Positions 1-8,892 of a stretch of DNA of 64,000 nt are shown here, one piece after another. Source of the stretch: a virus (Duplodnaviria > Caudoviricetes); the IMG/VR virus record IMGVR_UViG_3300031993_000037, positions 1 to 64,000 of that record; one strand, written 5' to 3'. The translations under genes and the position numbers were made by a program. Numbering within the stretch: the first letter of the stretch is position 1; the number at the start of each line of letters is the position of its first letter. Below the pieces are notes generated by a model. That model ran no database searches. It saw nothing but the letters and a program-made list of their open reading frames with translations, and was not told the origin of the DNA.

Positions 1-973
1 GCACGCCTTTTGCCCAACAATACTGACCGTTATAGAGATAACGGTTTACCATGTGTAATGCGGATTTATAGGAGTTTGCTTTCATACAACGGCTTAAGAT
101 TTCTTTCTGAAAGTTCTTAAGACGTTTCTTTGAGAGAGAGATTTCAGTTCCACGAATCATAAAGCCCAGAAACTTGAAGAACCTGTCCTTACTGAGAACT
201 TCAACCTTTTTTGGATTGAGAACGAGTTCCTTTTCGTTTAATCTGCGTTCAAGAATTTCTTTCCCTTTTTCCCATTCATTTCCAATGATGAGAATATCAT
301 CCGAATATCGAACGTAGTAAACGTCAAGAAGTTTGATCTCCTCGTCCATTTCATAAAGAACTGCATTTGCCAGGAATGAAGCAACGGCACAACCTTGTTT
401 TAGTGACTGAAAGTGTTCAATGACTTCGTTCTGTTCATTCAGACATTTATCACATCTGTAATAACGTCTGAGCAAATCGACAACCGCAGATTTACCACAG
501 ATTCCTTCCACCTTATCAAATACTTCTTCAATAAACCGCAATGGAACACTGTCGAAATACTTTGATAAATCTGCCTTAATGCCGATTGTCTGTAGCTTGC
601 ATGACGAAATACGACTTACAACTTCTTTCACAACCTTGCCACATGACAGGTCTGTCTGATACGCTTTTGAACGTTCAGAAACCAATTCACCACAGAACTC
701 GAACAACATATCGTTGATGATAGACAGGATAATTCTGTCTAAGTTTTCATTGATGTATACAACACGAACTCCACCGTCATCTTTAGGAATACTCTGCTGA
801 TGTGGTGGAATAATGCCGTACTCACCATCTCGAATGAGAATGTAAAGTTCTGCTAATGTTTGGGGATTGCAATATCGTTCAAGTTCGTCATAAGGCATAT
901 TCTTATCAACTGCAATCTGAATAGCCTTTTCCCAACGTTCACGCTTGAACATTTCCTCTAAAAGTTTGTCCAT
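1..973 (-). CDS. Reverse transcriptase, 3'-truncated by window edge (unclassified-group type; not DGR-like)
   Basis: Manual translation from ATG 973 (SD AAGGAG) is open to the edge: MDKLLEEMF...IPKDDGGVRVVYI..DRII...KADLSKYFDSV...SLKQGCAVASFLANAVL...YYVRYSDDILII (YSDD at 296-307)...LNPKK...FKFLGF. These are the conserved RT motifs in the expected order. Missing from ORF track because no stop codon lies in the window. Confidence 0.95.
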   Translation of the reverse strand, partial: MDKLLEEMFKRERWEKAIQIAVDKNMPYDELERYCNPQTLAELYILIRDGEYGIIPPHQQSIPKDDGGVRVVYINENLDRIILSIINDMLFEFCGELVSERSKAYQTDLSCGKVVKEVVSRISSCKLQTIGIKADLSKYFDSVPLRFIEEVFDKVEGICGKSAVVDLLRRYYRCDKCLNEQNEVIEHFQSLKQGCAVASFLANAVLYEMDEEIKLLDVYYVRYSDDILIIGNEWEKGKEILERRLNEKELVLNPKKVEVLSKDRFFKFLGFMIRGTEISLSKKRLKNFQKEILSRCMKANSYKSALHMVNRYLYNGQYCWAKGV

Positions 974-1045
974 TACTTACTCCTTACTGTCATTACAGCT
1001 TCTTCAAACTTTAATTTGAAAATGGACTTAATTCTGAAAACTTAA

Positions 1046-1063
1046 AGACAAACTGAATTGTCT
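1046..1063. promoter_or_regulatory. Palindromic operator AGACAA-N6-TTGTCT, copy upstream of RT
   Basis: AGACAAACTGAATTGTCT; identical copies at 12504-12521 and 61813-61830, variants at 54831-54850 and 60634-60652. Confidence 0.7.
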
Positions 1064-1345
1064 CTAAGAAACCAACTCCAATTTGTCCGCGATGTGTTTA
1101 AGCGAACGTTTCAGATTTCCGCCGTCTGTTTCATGTGTACGCTGTTCCAAGTGACCACTTGCAATAACTTTCGGATAATCCTTATCGCAAATCTGCTGAA
1201 ACATTGCTTCAGAAAGAAACACAGAAAGTTCTACGTCTCCAGTCTTTGAAGCACCCTTAATGGTGATGTTTCCTCCGTATCCATCACCGAAATCTTTCTT
1301 ACGGACAACTTCGCCACCGAACGTCCATCCGTTCTTAAGAATCAT
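1064..1345 (-). CDS. Small OB-fold/SSB-like protein
   Basis: 93 aa; N-terminal N.W...G.V, V...GHLEQR.....G and IADKLEL resemble the SSB beta-strand pattern. Confidence 0.45.
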   Translation of the reverse strand: MILKNGWTFGGEVVRKKDFGDGYGGNITIKGASKTGDVELSVFLSEAMFQQICDKDYPKVIASGHLEQRTHETDGGNLKRSLKHIADKLELVS

Positions 1346-1557
1346 GAGACCTCCTCAAATAAAAACGGCTCTCGTTTTGAGAGCCGTTCACGTTCAATAA
1401 ATCTTTTACCTGCTTCCAACATCCGAGTCTTGTGTTCGGGTGGAATAGGGCAAATCCAAATTTCCAATGGGTAATTATTTCGTAAGCACACAAGCAAGCA
1501 ATTCCAAGCAACCTGGTACTCTTTTTTCATAACTACTTTCTTACTCCTTACCACCAA
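1342..1557 (-). CDS. Hypothetical early protein
   Basis: ORF track; overlaps neighbours in operon; start may be the internal MKKEY. Confidence 0.55.
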   Translation of the reverse strand: MVVRSKKVVMKKEYQVAWNCLLVCLRNNYPLEIWICPIPPEHKTRMLEAGKRFIERERLSKREPFLFEEVS

Positions 1558-1904
1558 TCTGAATAGATGAAGTGGTCATCTTCTTTTGCAGCGTCTACAA
1601 TTAGCTGTAATTTTTCGACAGTCTCTTTCAAGTCATCGAAGTAGTATTCGTCATATGCTTCGCTGCCGAAGAAGAAGCCTTGTGTTGTAGGCATAAGTTC
1701 TTCTGCAAGATTGTGATTTGCGAGAACCTTGTTGCAGTCTTCAATAAGGTCTTTCAGATTCTGAACTGTAACAACCCTGTCCGTGCAGTTATCATCGTCT
1801 TCAATGATATTATGACTTACAAGCCATCCACGAATCTGATTCGCCTTACGCCAATACATAACTTCTTCTTTCTCTTTGTTGTAAAGATACATATCCAATC
1901 CCAT
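1548..1904 (-). CDS. Conserved phage hypothetical protein (MGLDMYL...YWRKANQI family)
   Basis: SD AAGGAG precedes ATG 1904; motifs YWRKAN, GFFFGS..YDEYY and C-terminal Y.DWW are typical of a common phage family. Confidence 0.7.
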   Translation of the reverse strand: MGLDMYLYNKEKEEVMYWRKANQIRGWLVSHNIIEDDDNCTDRVVTVQNLKDLIEDCNKVLANHNLAEELMPTTQGFFFGSEAYDEYYFDDLKETVEKLQLIVDAAKEDDHFIYSDWW

Positions 1905-1914
1905 AGTTATCTCC

Positions 1915-2893
1915 TTAATAATTGGTATACATAACGATTTCTGCATTGTAGTGTGCCTGGTTACTATCTGGATGATTGATAGAGTAGAGTGATTTCAATT
2001 CCAAATAAATAACAAAAACACCGCCCAAACATTCAACTTCCTTTTTGATGAGTTTCATGTTTTCTTTGATGCAAAACTCATCTGTGAAAGCATCAGTACA
2101 CGAATATCTCTTATCATAATCGTGTCTGTCTTTTGGCCTCCAACCTATGCAAGGTGAACAGAAAAATATACTTGCGACTTTCATATAATCTCCTTAAAGT
2201 GGAAACTCGAATGCCCACATATCAATTATGTCTTTATCTTCTGAAGATAAAGACCCGGCAAGTTCTTCCTTAATCTGAGCAGCACGTCTTTTCTTATCAC
2301 GTTCTGCTTGTTCAAGTTCCTTTTCAATTTCAGTCATGCAACCACCTCGTCCTCTTCGTGAATACAGTTATAACTGCACCCCTCGAAATCTGTACCTGCA
2401 TATCCAACAGAACACTTTTTGTAGTGCTCACACTGAATATCCAACATCTTGTCGAAGTCTTCTTTTGTTCCACCGTTTTCAAGATAATTATTCAGGTAAT
2501 GCTGGTAACGAGTTTCTTTATAACAAGTACCAGACTCTGAAAAGAAACCTTTTACACCACCATAAGCGAAACATGAACTAAGCATACTTAAAGCCCAATA
2601 CATACTTTCAAGCAGCTTTACTTCAGACCAATCACCATTTCCGCAAAATGGATTACCATATTTTTCAAACCAAGATTGTCTTAGTTTATCTAATTGCTTT
2701 GAAGAGCAACCATTAGGAAATATTTCATGCATTTTCTGCATAACTAACTCCTTACAACTTCAGCATAAGTTCCGAAAAACTGTTTCTTCATTACAGAAAC
2801 ATCCAGCCACAATTCATTTTCAGATGAAAAAAGGTTGTCTGAAGTATAGACAACCTTTCCATTAACCCAAGATTTCAAAACGTATGATTTCAT
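1915..2893 (-). CDS. Four small early hypothetical genes (1915-2184, 2194-2337, 2334-2741, 2744-2893)
   Basis: Tightly packed ORFs with SD or ATGA coupling; two are <60 aa and were translated manually. Confidence 0.6.
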
Positions 2894-3513
2894 TTTGCAC
2901 TCCTTACAACTTCAACGCTGTCGAGGTTTTTAAGAGTTTCCAAACCAAGTCTATAAGGCTTGGTATAGAAACCGCCGGTTACATTATCATGCTCTGCAAT
3001 CATGTAAAGTTTAGTAGTTCGTGAACGTGTTCGATGTGGTTCAACTTTGATAAAAAAGTCTGAGTTCTCAGGTATCTTAAAACCACTTCCCCATTCGATA
3101 TGACCACGACCATTATGGCATTTAAGAACGTTGCCAATTTCAAAGTTGTTCTGCTTTTTCTTAGCAATGAATTCTTCACGACGCTTAAACCAGTCCTGTG
3201 CATACTGTTCGTCTTTGTAAGTGTCTTTAATCAAAGGTATCCATGAAGCTGGCATGTCATACTCATACGGCCCCATGCTCAATTCGATTTCCTTGTAGCA
3301 AAACTCATGTCGTTTACTGTCACGAGAACAAAGAACAACCATTGCGTAAACCTTGTTTGTTTCCTTGTTCTTGTAAAGACACCAAGTATGACCACCATTG
3401 CCAGACCATTTGAGAGCTTCATACTTACGTTCAGCACTTCCAAAAAATTCACGATTAAGAATATCCTTGTTCTTTTCAGAACTAGACCAATCAAACATTC
3501 CTGTCCAACCCAT
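2890..3513 (-). CDS. DUF6927-like phage/plasmid early protein
   Basis: MGWTG N-terminus and YKEI..SMGP..YD.P motif; SD AAGGAG. Confidence 0.55.
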   Translation of the reverse strand: MGWTGMFDWSSSEKNKDILNREFFGSAERKYEALKWSGNGGHTWCLYKNKETNKVYAMVVLCSRDSKRHEFCYKEIELSMGPYEYDMPASWIPLIKDTYKDEQYAQDWFKRREEFIAKKKQNNFEIGNVLKCHNGRGHIEWGSGFKIPENSDFFIKVEPHRTRSRTTKLYMIAEHDNVTGGFYTKPYRLGLETLKNLDSVEVVRSAK

Positions 3514-3523
3514 AAATTACTCC

Positions 3524-5527
3524 TTAAATTGTTGTGAGGTCATCGTGATAACCCGGAATACGTTCAACTTTAATCTTGTAGGCAGTTTTACCATAAAGAA
3601 TAAAGATTTCATTTTTGCCATAATCAACAAACTGGTCATTAACCTTGCTGAAATCTAACTGCGGATATTGAGTATTGCCAAAGAGAGTATCATAAATACG
3701 TTCTACGAAAGTTGTATTTCTTTTCATTGCAACTCCTTAGAACAAAATGTCCATAAGATAATCAGGTTCAAGACCTAAGTCGTTCATAAGAGCGTCTTCA
3801 ACGTCTTCTAAGCTTAAACCCATGATTGAGTCCTCAATGTCTGCCTTGAAGTCGTCAACTTCACGTTTAGCGTCTTCTTCAGACAATCCATCTCTACGCA
3901 TTAAAACTTCTGTGATACTGTCCATAACTACCTCACTTTGACATCCGAACTGTCAATCTGCTTTACGATAGTCCAATCCTTAAAGATATAGACTCCATTG
4001 TCATAGTTGGCACAATCAAGACGTTCAAGGCGATCAATGCCCATACTGAGTTCATAACCGCCAATCTCTTCACCGATAACCTGGCAAAGTCTTGCCCAAC
4101 CATAACAATCGTCTTCGGGTTTACGAACACCCTTTGACTTTGCAAGGTTAAGAAAGCTCTGAACATCTTCAGGACTTCCATGCCAATGAAGATAAATGCC
4201 GATTTCGTTTTTAATTAACGAGCCATTCTCTCTAAGAGCGTTTGTTGTTGTAATTACTGCTCTATTTCCCATAAAATACTCCTTGCCGATTTATTCGGCT
4301 AATTAAAGTGTTCTGTAATTATTTTCAGATGCCATTTCGACAATCTGCTTAGTACGTTTTTTAATTGGTGTTACTACGGCCTCATCTGTCATAAAGTTAT
4401 AGTCTACACGTCTAAAGTCAGTACCTTTCCACCAATTATCAGTTCCCCAATATCGAACAGTATCGCCACAAAAGTAGTAGTAAGTAAAAACATCACCGTT
4501 CAATTTGCCGTCAAATATTCCAAAAGTTTCAGAAATCATACATTCCTTGTCTTCCTGTGAAGCCTGGCAGAATGCAATCATGTGTTCTTCAACTTCTTCC
4601 TTGGAAAGATAACGTGACCAAGAATTAATTAATTTCTTCATACGCTATTCCTTGTTCTTGAAGTTGCAGTCGTCGAAATAGTCCGGTACTTCTACAACGA
4701 AAGCACCAGTTCCATTTGCATTAAGCCCGAAACAAACGTCTTCGGCGTAATCTCGACTTTCAAAGAAGAACGCCTTTTCGCCGTTGTTCCATTCACAATA
4801 CTTGTGCGGCACAACCTGGACTTTTGTAACATACTTGAAAGTATTGTCTGTGTTTAAGATTGCAATGACATAACGTACATTGCAAGTTGCCATTGTTCCA
4901 AATGTAGCCTTTTTTCTAGCCATATAAATCTCCTTACCGTACATTGACGGCCAATAAAAAAGGACTAGCCGTAAACTAGTCCTCGTTAAGTTCTCTTCGT
5001 GAAATCAATCTTTTCGGTGCTGAATCTGCAATTCTGTATTCCTTGATGTCGTGTCTAACATCTGCATAGGAATATTCCTTTTTGTCATATTCTGACAAAT
5101 CTTCCCAACAACCGCCGTAAAATCCTTGAATGACCCAAAGATAATTGTATTTGTTTTTTCTCATTTAGAACTCCTTGTCATCTTTAAGAAGACTGTCGGG
5201 AATATCATCGTTGTTACAGTCGCAGCCGACACCATGCCAATTAGTTCCCCAATGGTCTACGCAAAGCACAAAGCAGTCGAGAACATCGGAATAAGTAAAC
5301 AGAAGTCCAAAACTCTTTTCGAGGAAGCGGACATCACCTTCTGAAGCGTTAGTGATAAACCACTGATAAATTTCTGTTTCGTGTTCGCAGCCGTCTTCGT
5401 CTTCCCAAGTGAGAGAAGAACGGATATTATCCCAAACGTTCGGGTCAATACTTGGAACGTTATTGCACAACACAAAATCGTTATGCAACCAATGAACAGC
5501 GTTATAATAAGTTGTACGTCTAGTCAT
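3524..5527 (-). CDS. Seven small early hypothetical genes (3524-3727, 3737-3925, 3928-4272, 4303-4641, 4645-4923, 4976-5164, 5165-5527)
   Basis: Co-directional, abutting ORFs, most with AAGGAG; 3928 has MGNRAVI...IYLHWHG and 5165 has EIYQWFIT, both common phage families. Confidence 0.7.
4955..4983 (-). terminator. Intrinsic terminator
   Basis: AGGACTAG-tttacgg-CTAGTCCT followed by TTTTTATT on the minus strand. Confidence 0.75.
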
Positions 5528-5537
5528 AATTTACTCC

Positions 5538-6420
5538 TTACAAACCGAATTCAGCTAAAATTGCATTCAAGGATTTAGACTCCTTAAAACAAACATCATC
5601 TTCTGAAATCTGAGGTTCAGAAACCAACTTAATGAAATCTTCATGCGAAATGTATTCGCAAATTCCATCATTAACTTTTACCTGTGGCATAATAACTCCT
5701 TACGGTTCAAGACCGTTCCACAATAAAAAAGGCTTACACGAAACGAGCAAGCCCTAAACTAAACTCATAAAAACCGACTTCGCAGCTTTATGACTTGTAT
5801 AAAAATACTGTCTTACTTTACGACCCGACGAGTCGAAAATGGTAATGACAGAACCAACCAAACTTAAACGATAACCGTTGAAATCAGCGTAATAGTGCAT
5901 AAAACACCCCCTTTAATCAACTTCGGAAACCGACATTAAAATTCCCCATCGCTCGCTAAAGCGTGGAGATAAAGCAACGGCTTCTTCCTGAGAATCAGCC
6001 AAGAGATAATGAACACTTCTTGAGTAAACAGCCTTAAAGAGTTTCATAAAACACCCCCTTAAAGTTTCAATAAGATTTTCAAACCGTCAAAAAACTTTTC
6101 GATAACTGTTTTCTTTCTTGCATAGTTGCCGATAAGGTAGTAATCACCGCCGAGATAATAAGACTCTACGAAAAGATAACAACCGAAAAGCACCAAGAGA
6201 AAAACAGTCATAAAGATAGTGTAAAATAATCCTATACTCATAATTCACCGCCTTAAAATCTTGCATTCTGTCTTGCAAGTGCAATTTTCTTTTGAGTAGA
6301 CTCTAAAGCCATTGCACGCCATTTAGGTTTCATTTCTTCTTCTAAAGAAAGCCCCTTAAACTTAGCCTTAAAATTCTTTACCGCTAAGTCGCCCTGGATT
6401 TTCAATTCATTTTCTGACAT
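5538..6420 (-). CDS. Five very small early genes (5538-5690, 5754-5900, 5913-6047, 6059-6241, 6253-6420)
   Basis: Manual translation; each has an SD-like purine run; 6059-6241 has an N-terminal TM segment. Confidence 0.55.
5722..5754 (-). terminator. Intrinsic terminator
   Basis: GGCTTGC...GTAAGCC hairpin followed by TTTTTTATT on the minus strand. Confidence 0.65.
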
Positions 6421-6459
6421 AAAAACTCCTTACCGCTTAAAGCGGATTATTAAAAATCT

Positions 6460-6812
6460 AAAGTGCGAAAACGCACCCGGAAACAACCGCCCACTATTGA
6501 AAGTGGTTTTATCTTGCTATCGATAAAAGCTGCCTGCACGGTTGTATGTTGTAGTGTATAGTCCTACTTTGAAAAAGCTCCGCCCTTAAACGTGCCTTTT
6601 CCGTGCCTTCACGTTAACCGAAAACTTCGATTAAGGTTTTCTATACTTCCGAGAATGTTTCTATCTGGGTACATTCTAAAACCCTTGCTAAAACTTGCCC
6701 GGTAAAGTCAAAATTTAAAACCTGGCTTGAGTTTTTCTGCAATCGGTTTTACTCCGCATTCCGTTTTTGTTTCGGGGGAAAGTCCTACCGCATTCAATCT
6801 TTCAATGAAAAA
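6460..6812 (-). ncRNA. Candidate structured ncRNA, block B
   Basis: No ORF >=60 aa. Stems: AGAATGT/ACATTCT, GAAAAC/GTTTTC, AACGTG/CACGTT, ACAACCG/CGGTTGT enclosing TTTTATC/GATAAAA and CCACT/AGTGG, and GTGCG/CGCAC. Confidence 0.55.
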
Positions 6813-6914
6813 TTTCTCTTTTGTGGATTTCAACCCATTTCGAGTGTCGAAAAAATTAGCATTTAAAATGGTAACCCTAAAATGACGTTGAGAATTTTCA
6901 AATCAGATTTACTC

Positions 6915-6941
6915 GAATAGAAGTCTTAAACGGTATACCAA
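6915..6941. repeat. 27-bp inverted repeat, left arm (partner 7788-7814)
   Basis: GAATAGAAGTCTTAAACGGTATACCAA versus reverse complement of 7788-7814; 26/27 identical. Confidence 0.9.
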
Positions 6942-7071
6942 AAAGTTTGTGTCTTAAAACTTAAAACGCAAACCTTAAAAACGGAGTCTTAAAAGCAAAA
7001 ATCAAAAATCTAAATCCAGGTTTTAAATCTGGAAACCACTGCATTTTTAAGAATTTTGAAAATTCAAAAAA

Positions 7072-7112
7072 GCAAAAAAAAACGCTAGAGATAAAATATC
7101 CCTAGCGTTTTA
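7072..7112 (-). terminator. Intrinsic terminator after 7130 ORF
   Basis: AAAACGCTAG...CTAGCG followed by a long T run on the minus strand. Confidence 0.75.
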
Positions 7113-7129
7113 TTGGTACTCATCAGCAA

Positions 7130-7708
7130 TTAAGCCGATTTTTCTTTTTTGTTCACTATAACCAATTCTTTGTTATAACCTACTCCAAACATACCATTAA
7201 AAGTAGTTTTTAATTGGTTTACTTCACTTTCATTGATTGGGCGTACACCCTTGGAAATTTTCTGTTTGATAGTCTTTTTTACATTACTATCAAAGGCATT
7301 TTTTACTTCTACCGATTTTTCGGTAATAGCGTTTTTATCCCTAACAAGTATAGTTTTAATAAACTTGCTTTTAGGGAGTACGGCAAGAATAGGCTGATTT
7401 TGTTTGTTGTGAGATATAACAAAGCATCTATCAACCATAGTAACGGACAAACATTCAAAAAAGTTGATAACTTCGGCAAGTTTCAAAATCTTTGAATTGT
7501 CGTGGTAATCATAGTTACAACCATCCAAGGCTTCATAGTAAGTGTCACTTGAATATTCCATATTCAATACAAAGTTACAACCAATTCCAAGTTTTAAAAC
7601 AATGTTTGCAATGTCAACTATGGATTGATTTTTTTCACTATAACCACCCTTTGAATTTTTCAAAGTGTCAATTACCTTTACAGAACGGATAAAAATTGGA
7701 TTATTCAT
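7130..7708 (-). CDS. Hypothetical protein, first gene of the early transcript
   Basis: 192 aa ORF with SD AGGAG; enclosed by the 27-bp inverted repeats. Confidence 0.7.
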   Translation of the reverse strand: MNNPIFIRSVKVIDTLKNSKGGYSEKNQSIVDIANIVLKLGIGCNFVLNMEYSSDTYYEALDGCNYDYHDNSKILKLAEVINFFECLSVTMVDRCFVISHNKQNQPILAVLPKSKFIKTILVRDKNAITEKSVEVKNAFDSNVKKTIKQKISKGVRPINESEVNQLKTTFNGMFGVGYNKELVIVNKKEKSA

Positions 7709-7787
7709 ATTATTACTCCTACACGCTTAAAACGTGTTATATAGTGATTTTTGCTTATTAGGTAATTTACAACCGATTTTATATATA

Positions 7788-7814
7788 TTGGTATACCCTT
7801 TAAGACTTCTATTC
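7788..7814. repeat. 27-bp inverted repeat, right arm
   Basis: TTGGTATACCCTTTAAGACTTCTATTC. Confidence 0.9.
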
Positions 7815-8080
7815 CCTAGTTTCTACTTGGTAACTTACTAGCACGATTTTTCGGTTATCGGCTTAGACAATCCCTTGGCTTTCCGTAGTGTTTGACTTGC
7901 TTTCCCTTTCGGTACTCACCACTACTACTAAGTGTGGATAATCGGAATTACTCCCTAATTCAATAGGTATCATTACCCGTGTGGGTAACTCTTCATTCCC
8001 TAACCTTTACCCCGTCCATTTTCGGACGTGCTTTCAATCCCTTTCAATGTCAAAGAACTAGTTAGCATATCTATCTAACT
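7815..8080 (-). ncRNA. Candidate structured ncRNA/leader, block A
   Basis: Closing helix AGCACG/CGTGCT (8027-8032 with 7840-7845); stems CGTCC/GGACG, TTACCC/GGGTAA, GAATTA/TAATTC and GTAGTG/CACTAC; loop-E-like AGTA-CC-GAAA-GG-GAA at 7901-7916. Confidence 0.6.
8047..8058 (-). promoter_or_regulatory. boxA-like antitermination element
   Basis: GTTCTTTGACAT about 25 nt after the predicted start, directly behind a TAGTTAG/CTAACTA hairpin. Confidence 0.5.
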
Positions 8081-8086
8081 ATCTTT

Positions 8087-8115
8087 ATAGTATCACAATA
8101 TTAGAGATAATGCAA
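8087..8115 (-). promoter_or_regulatory. Strong sigma70-type early promoter
   Basis: TTGCAT-17 bp-TACTAT with extended TG and an upstream T-rich UP-like tract. Confidence 0.75.
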
Positions 8116-8691
8116 GAGAAAAAAGAAAAAAAATAAAAGAAAATATACAATATTAATACTACTATAAAAAATACTATATATATGTACAACCTACCCGCCC
8201 AGTAGGGAGAAGATAATCCGGCCGGGGGCTCTTGTCCTTCTCTGTGCGGAGTCAAATTTTTTCAAGGCCAAAATGACACAGTGATATGAGTAAAAATGAC
8301 ACAGTTATTATAAGAAGAATGTGTATAAAACTGAGGTATAAAGTGGGTAAAATGCATAAAAAGTGTATAAAAATTGTATATGAGTCTTTGGCAGGTCTAA
8401 AAAGGTATCGAAAATCACCGGGAAAATACAAGATTTTAAGCTATTTTTATGGTTTTACGGAAATAGTATGTATAAATATGCAGAAAGATGAGGTTTTATT
8501 GCATAAACGGCTGTTTTTATGGGGTGTATACGTTATATATATGCCTTATAGCAGTATATAGGCTTTTATAGGATAGTGAAGGAAGGGTAAGTGCGATGTA
8601 GATGATCGCTTATAGTCTGGAGGTAAAGGTTAGTGTGAGGGAGGGGTACCTTTATATATACGCGGAGAGGTTAGTGTGAAAATGGCGGAGG

Positions 8692-8892
8692 TCAATTTTT
8701 CTGAGGGAGTTCCATAATGTCCTGGGGCTGCAGGTTGAGGGCGGAGCATATCTTTCCTACAGAACCCATAGAGACGTTCTTGTCGTAGAAGAATGAGTTG
8801 ATCTGGTTTAATGAGAGACCTGTCAGTTCACTAAGCTGCTTTCTCGATATGTCGTTTTCTGCCATATACCGGCGGAGCTTTCCGAAGTTCAT
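8692..8892 (-). CDS. Cro/C1-type HTH regulator
   Basis: 66 aa; ISRKQLSELTGLS...KICSALNLQPQDIME pattern. Confidence 0.85.
   Translation of the reverse strand: MNFGKLRRYMAENDISRKQLSELTGLSLNQINSFFYDKNVSMGSVGKICSALNLQPQDIMELPQKN

Noticed and set aside
1-973. Diversity-generating retroelement targeting tail fibres
   Set aside because: The RT lacks the DGR-type motif, no avd-like gene lies upstream, and I saw no TR/VR pair with adenine-only mismatches. The region left of the window is unseen, so this is not fully excluded.
974-1063. Group II intron or retron msr-msd directly upstream of RT
   Set aside because: Only 90 bp of intergenic DNA, with no GTGCG intron 5' end and no a1/a2 repeats.
2828-2858. 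Terminator-like hairpin AAAGGTTGTCT/AGACAACCTTT
   Set aside because: Lies inside small ORF 2744-2893. It contains both operator half-sites but in the reverse arrangement; not supportable.
7130-7708. Homing endonuclease within a group I intron
   Set aside because: No LAGLIDADG, GIY-YIG or HNH motif, no interrupted host gene, and no recognisable P7 core.
8286-8561. 91-aa plus-strand ORF
   Set aside because: No SD, odd composition, and it overlaps direct repeats; likely spurious.
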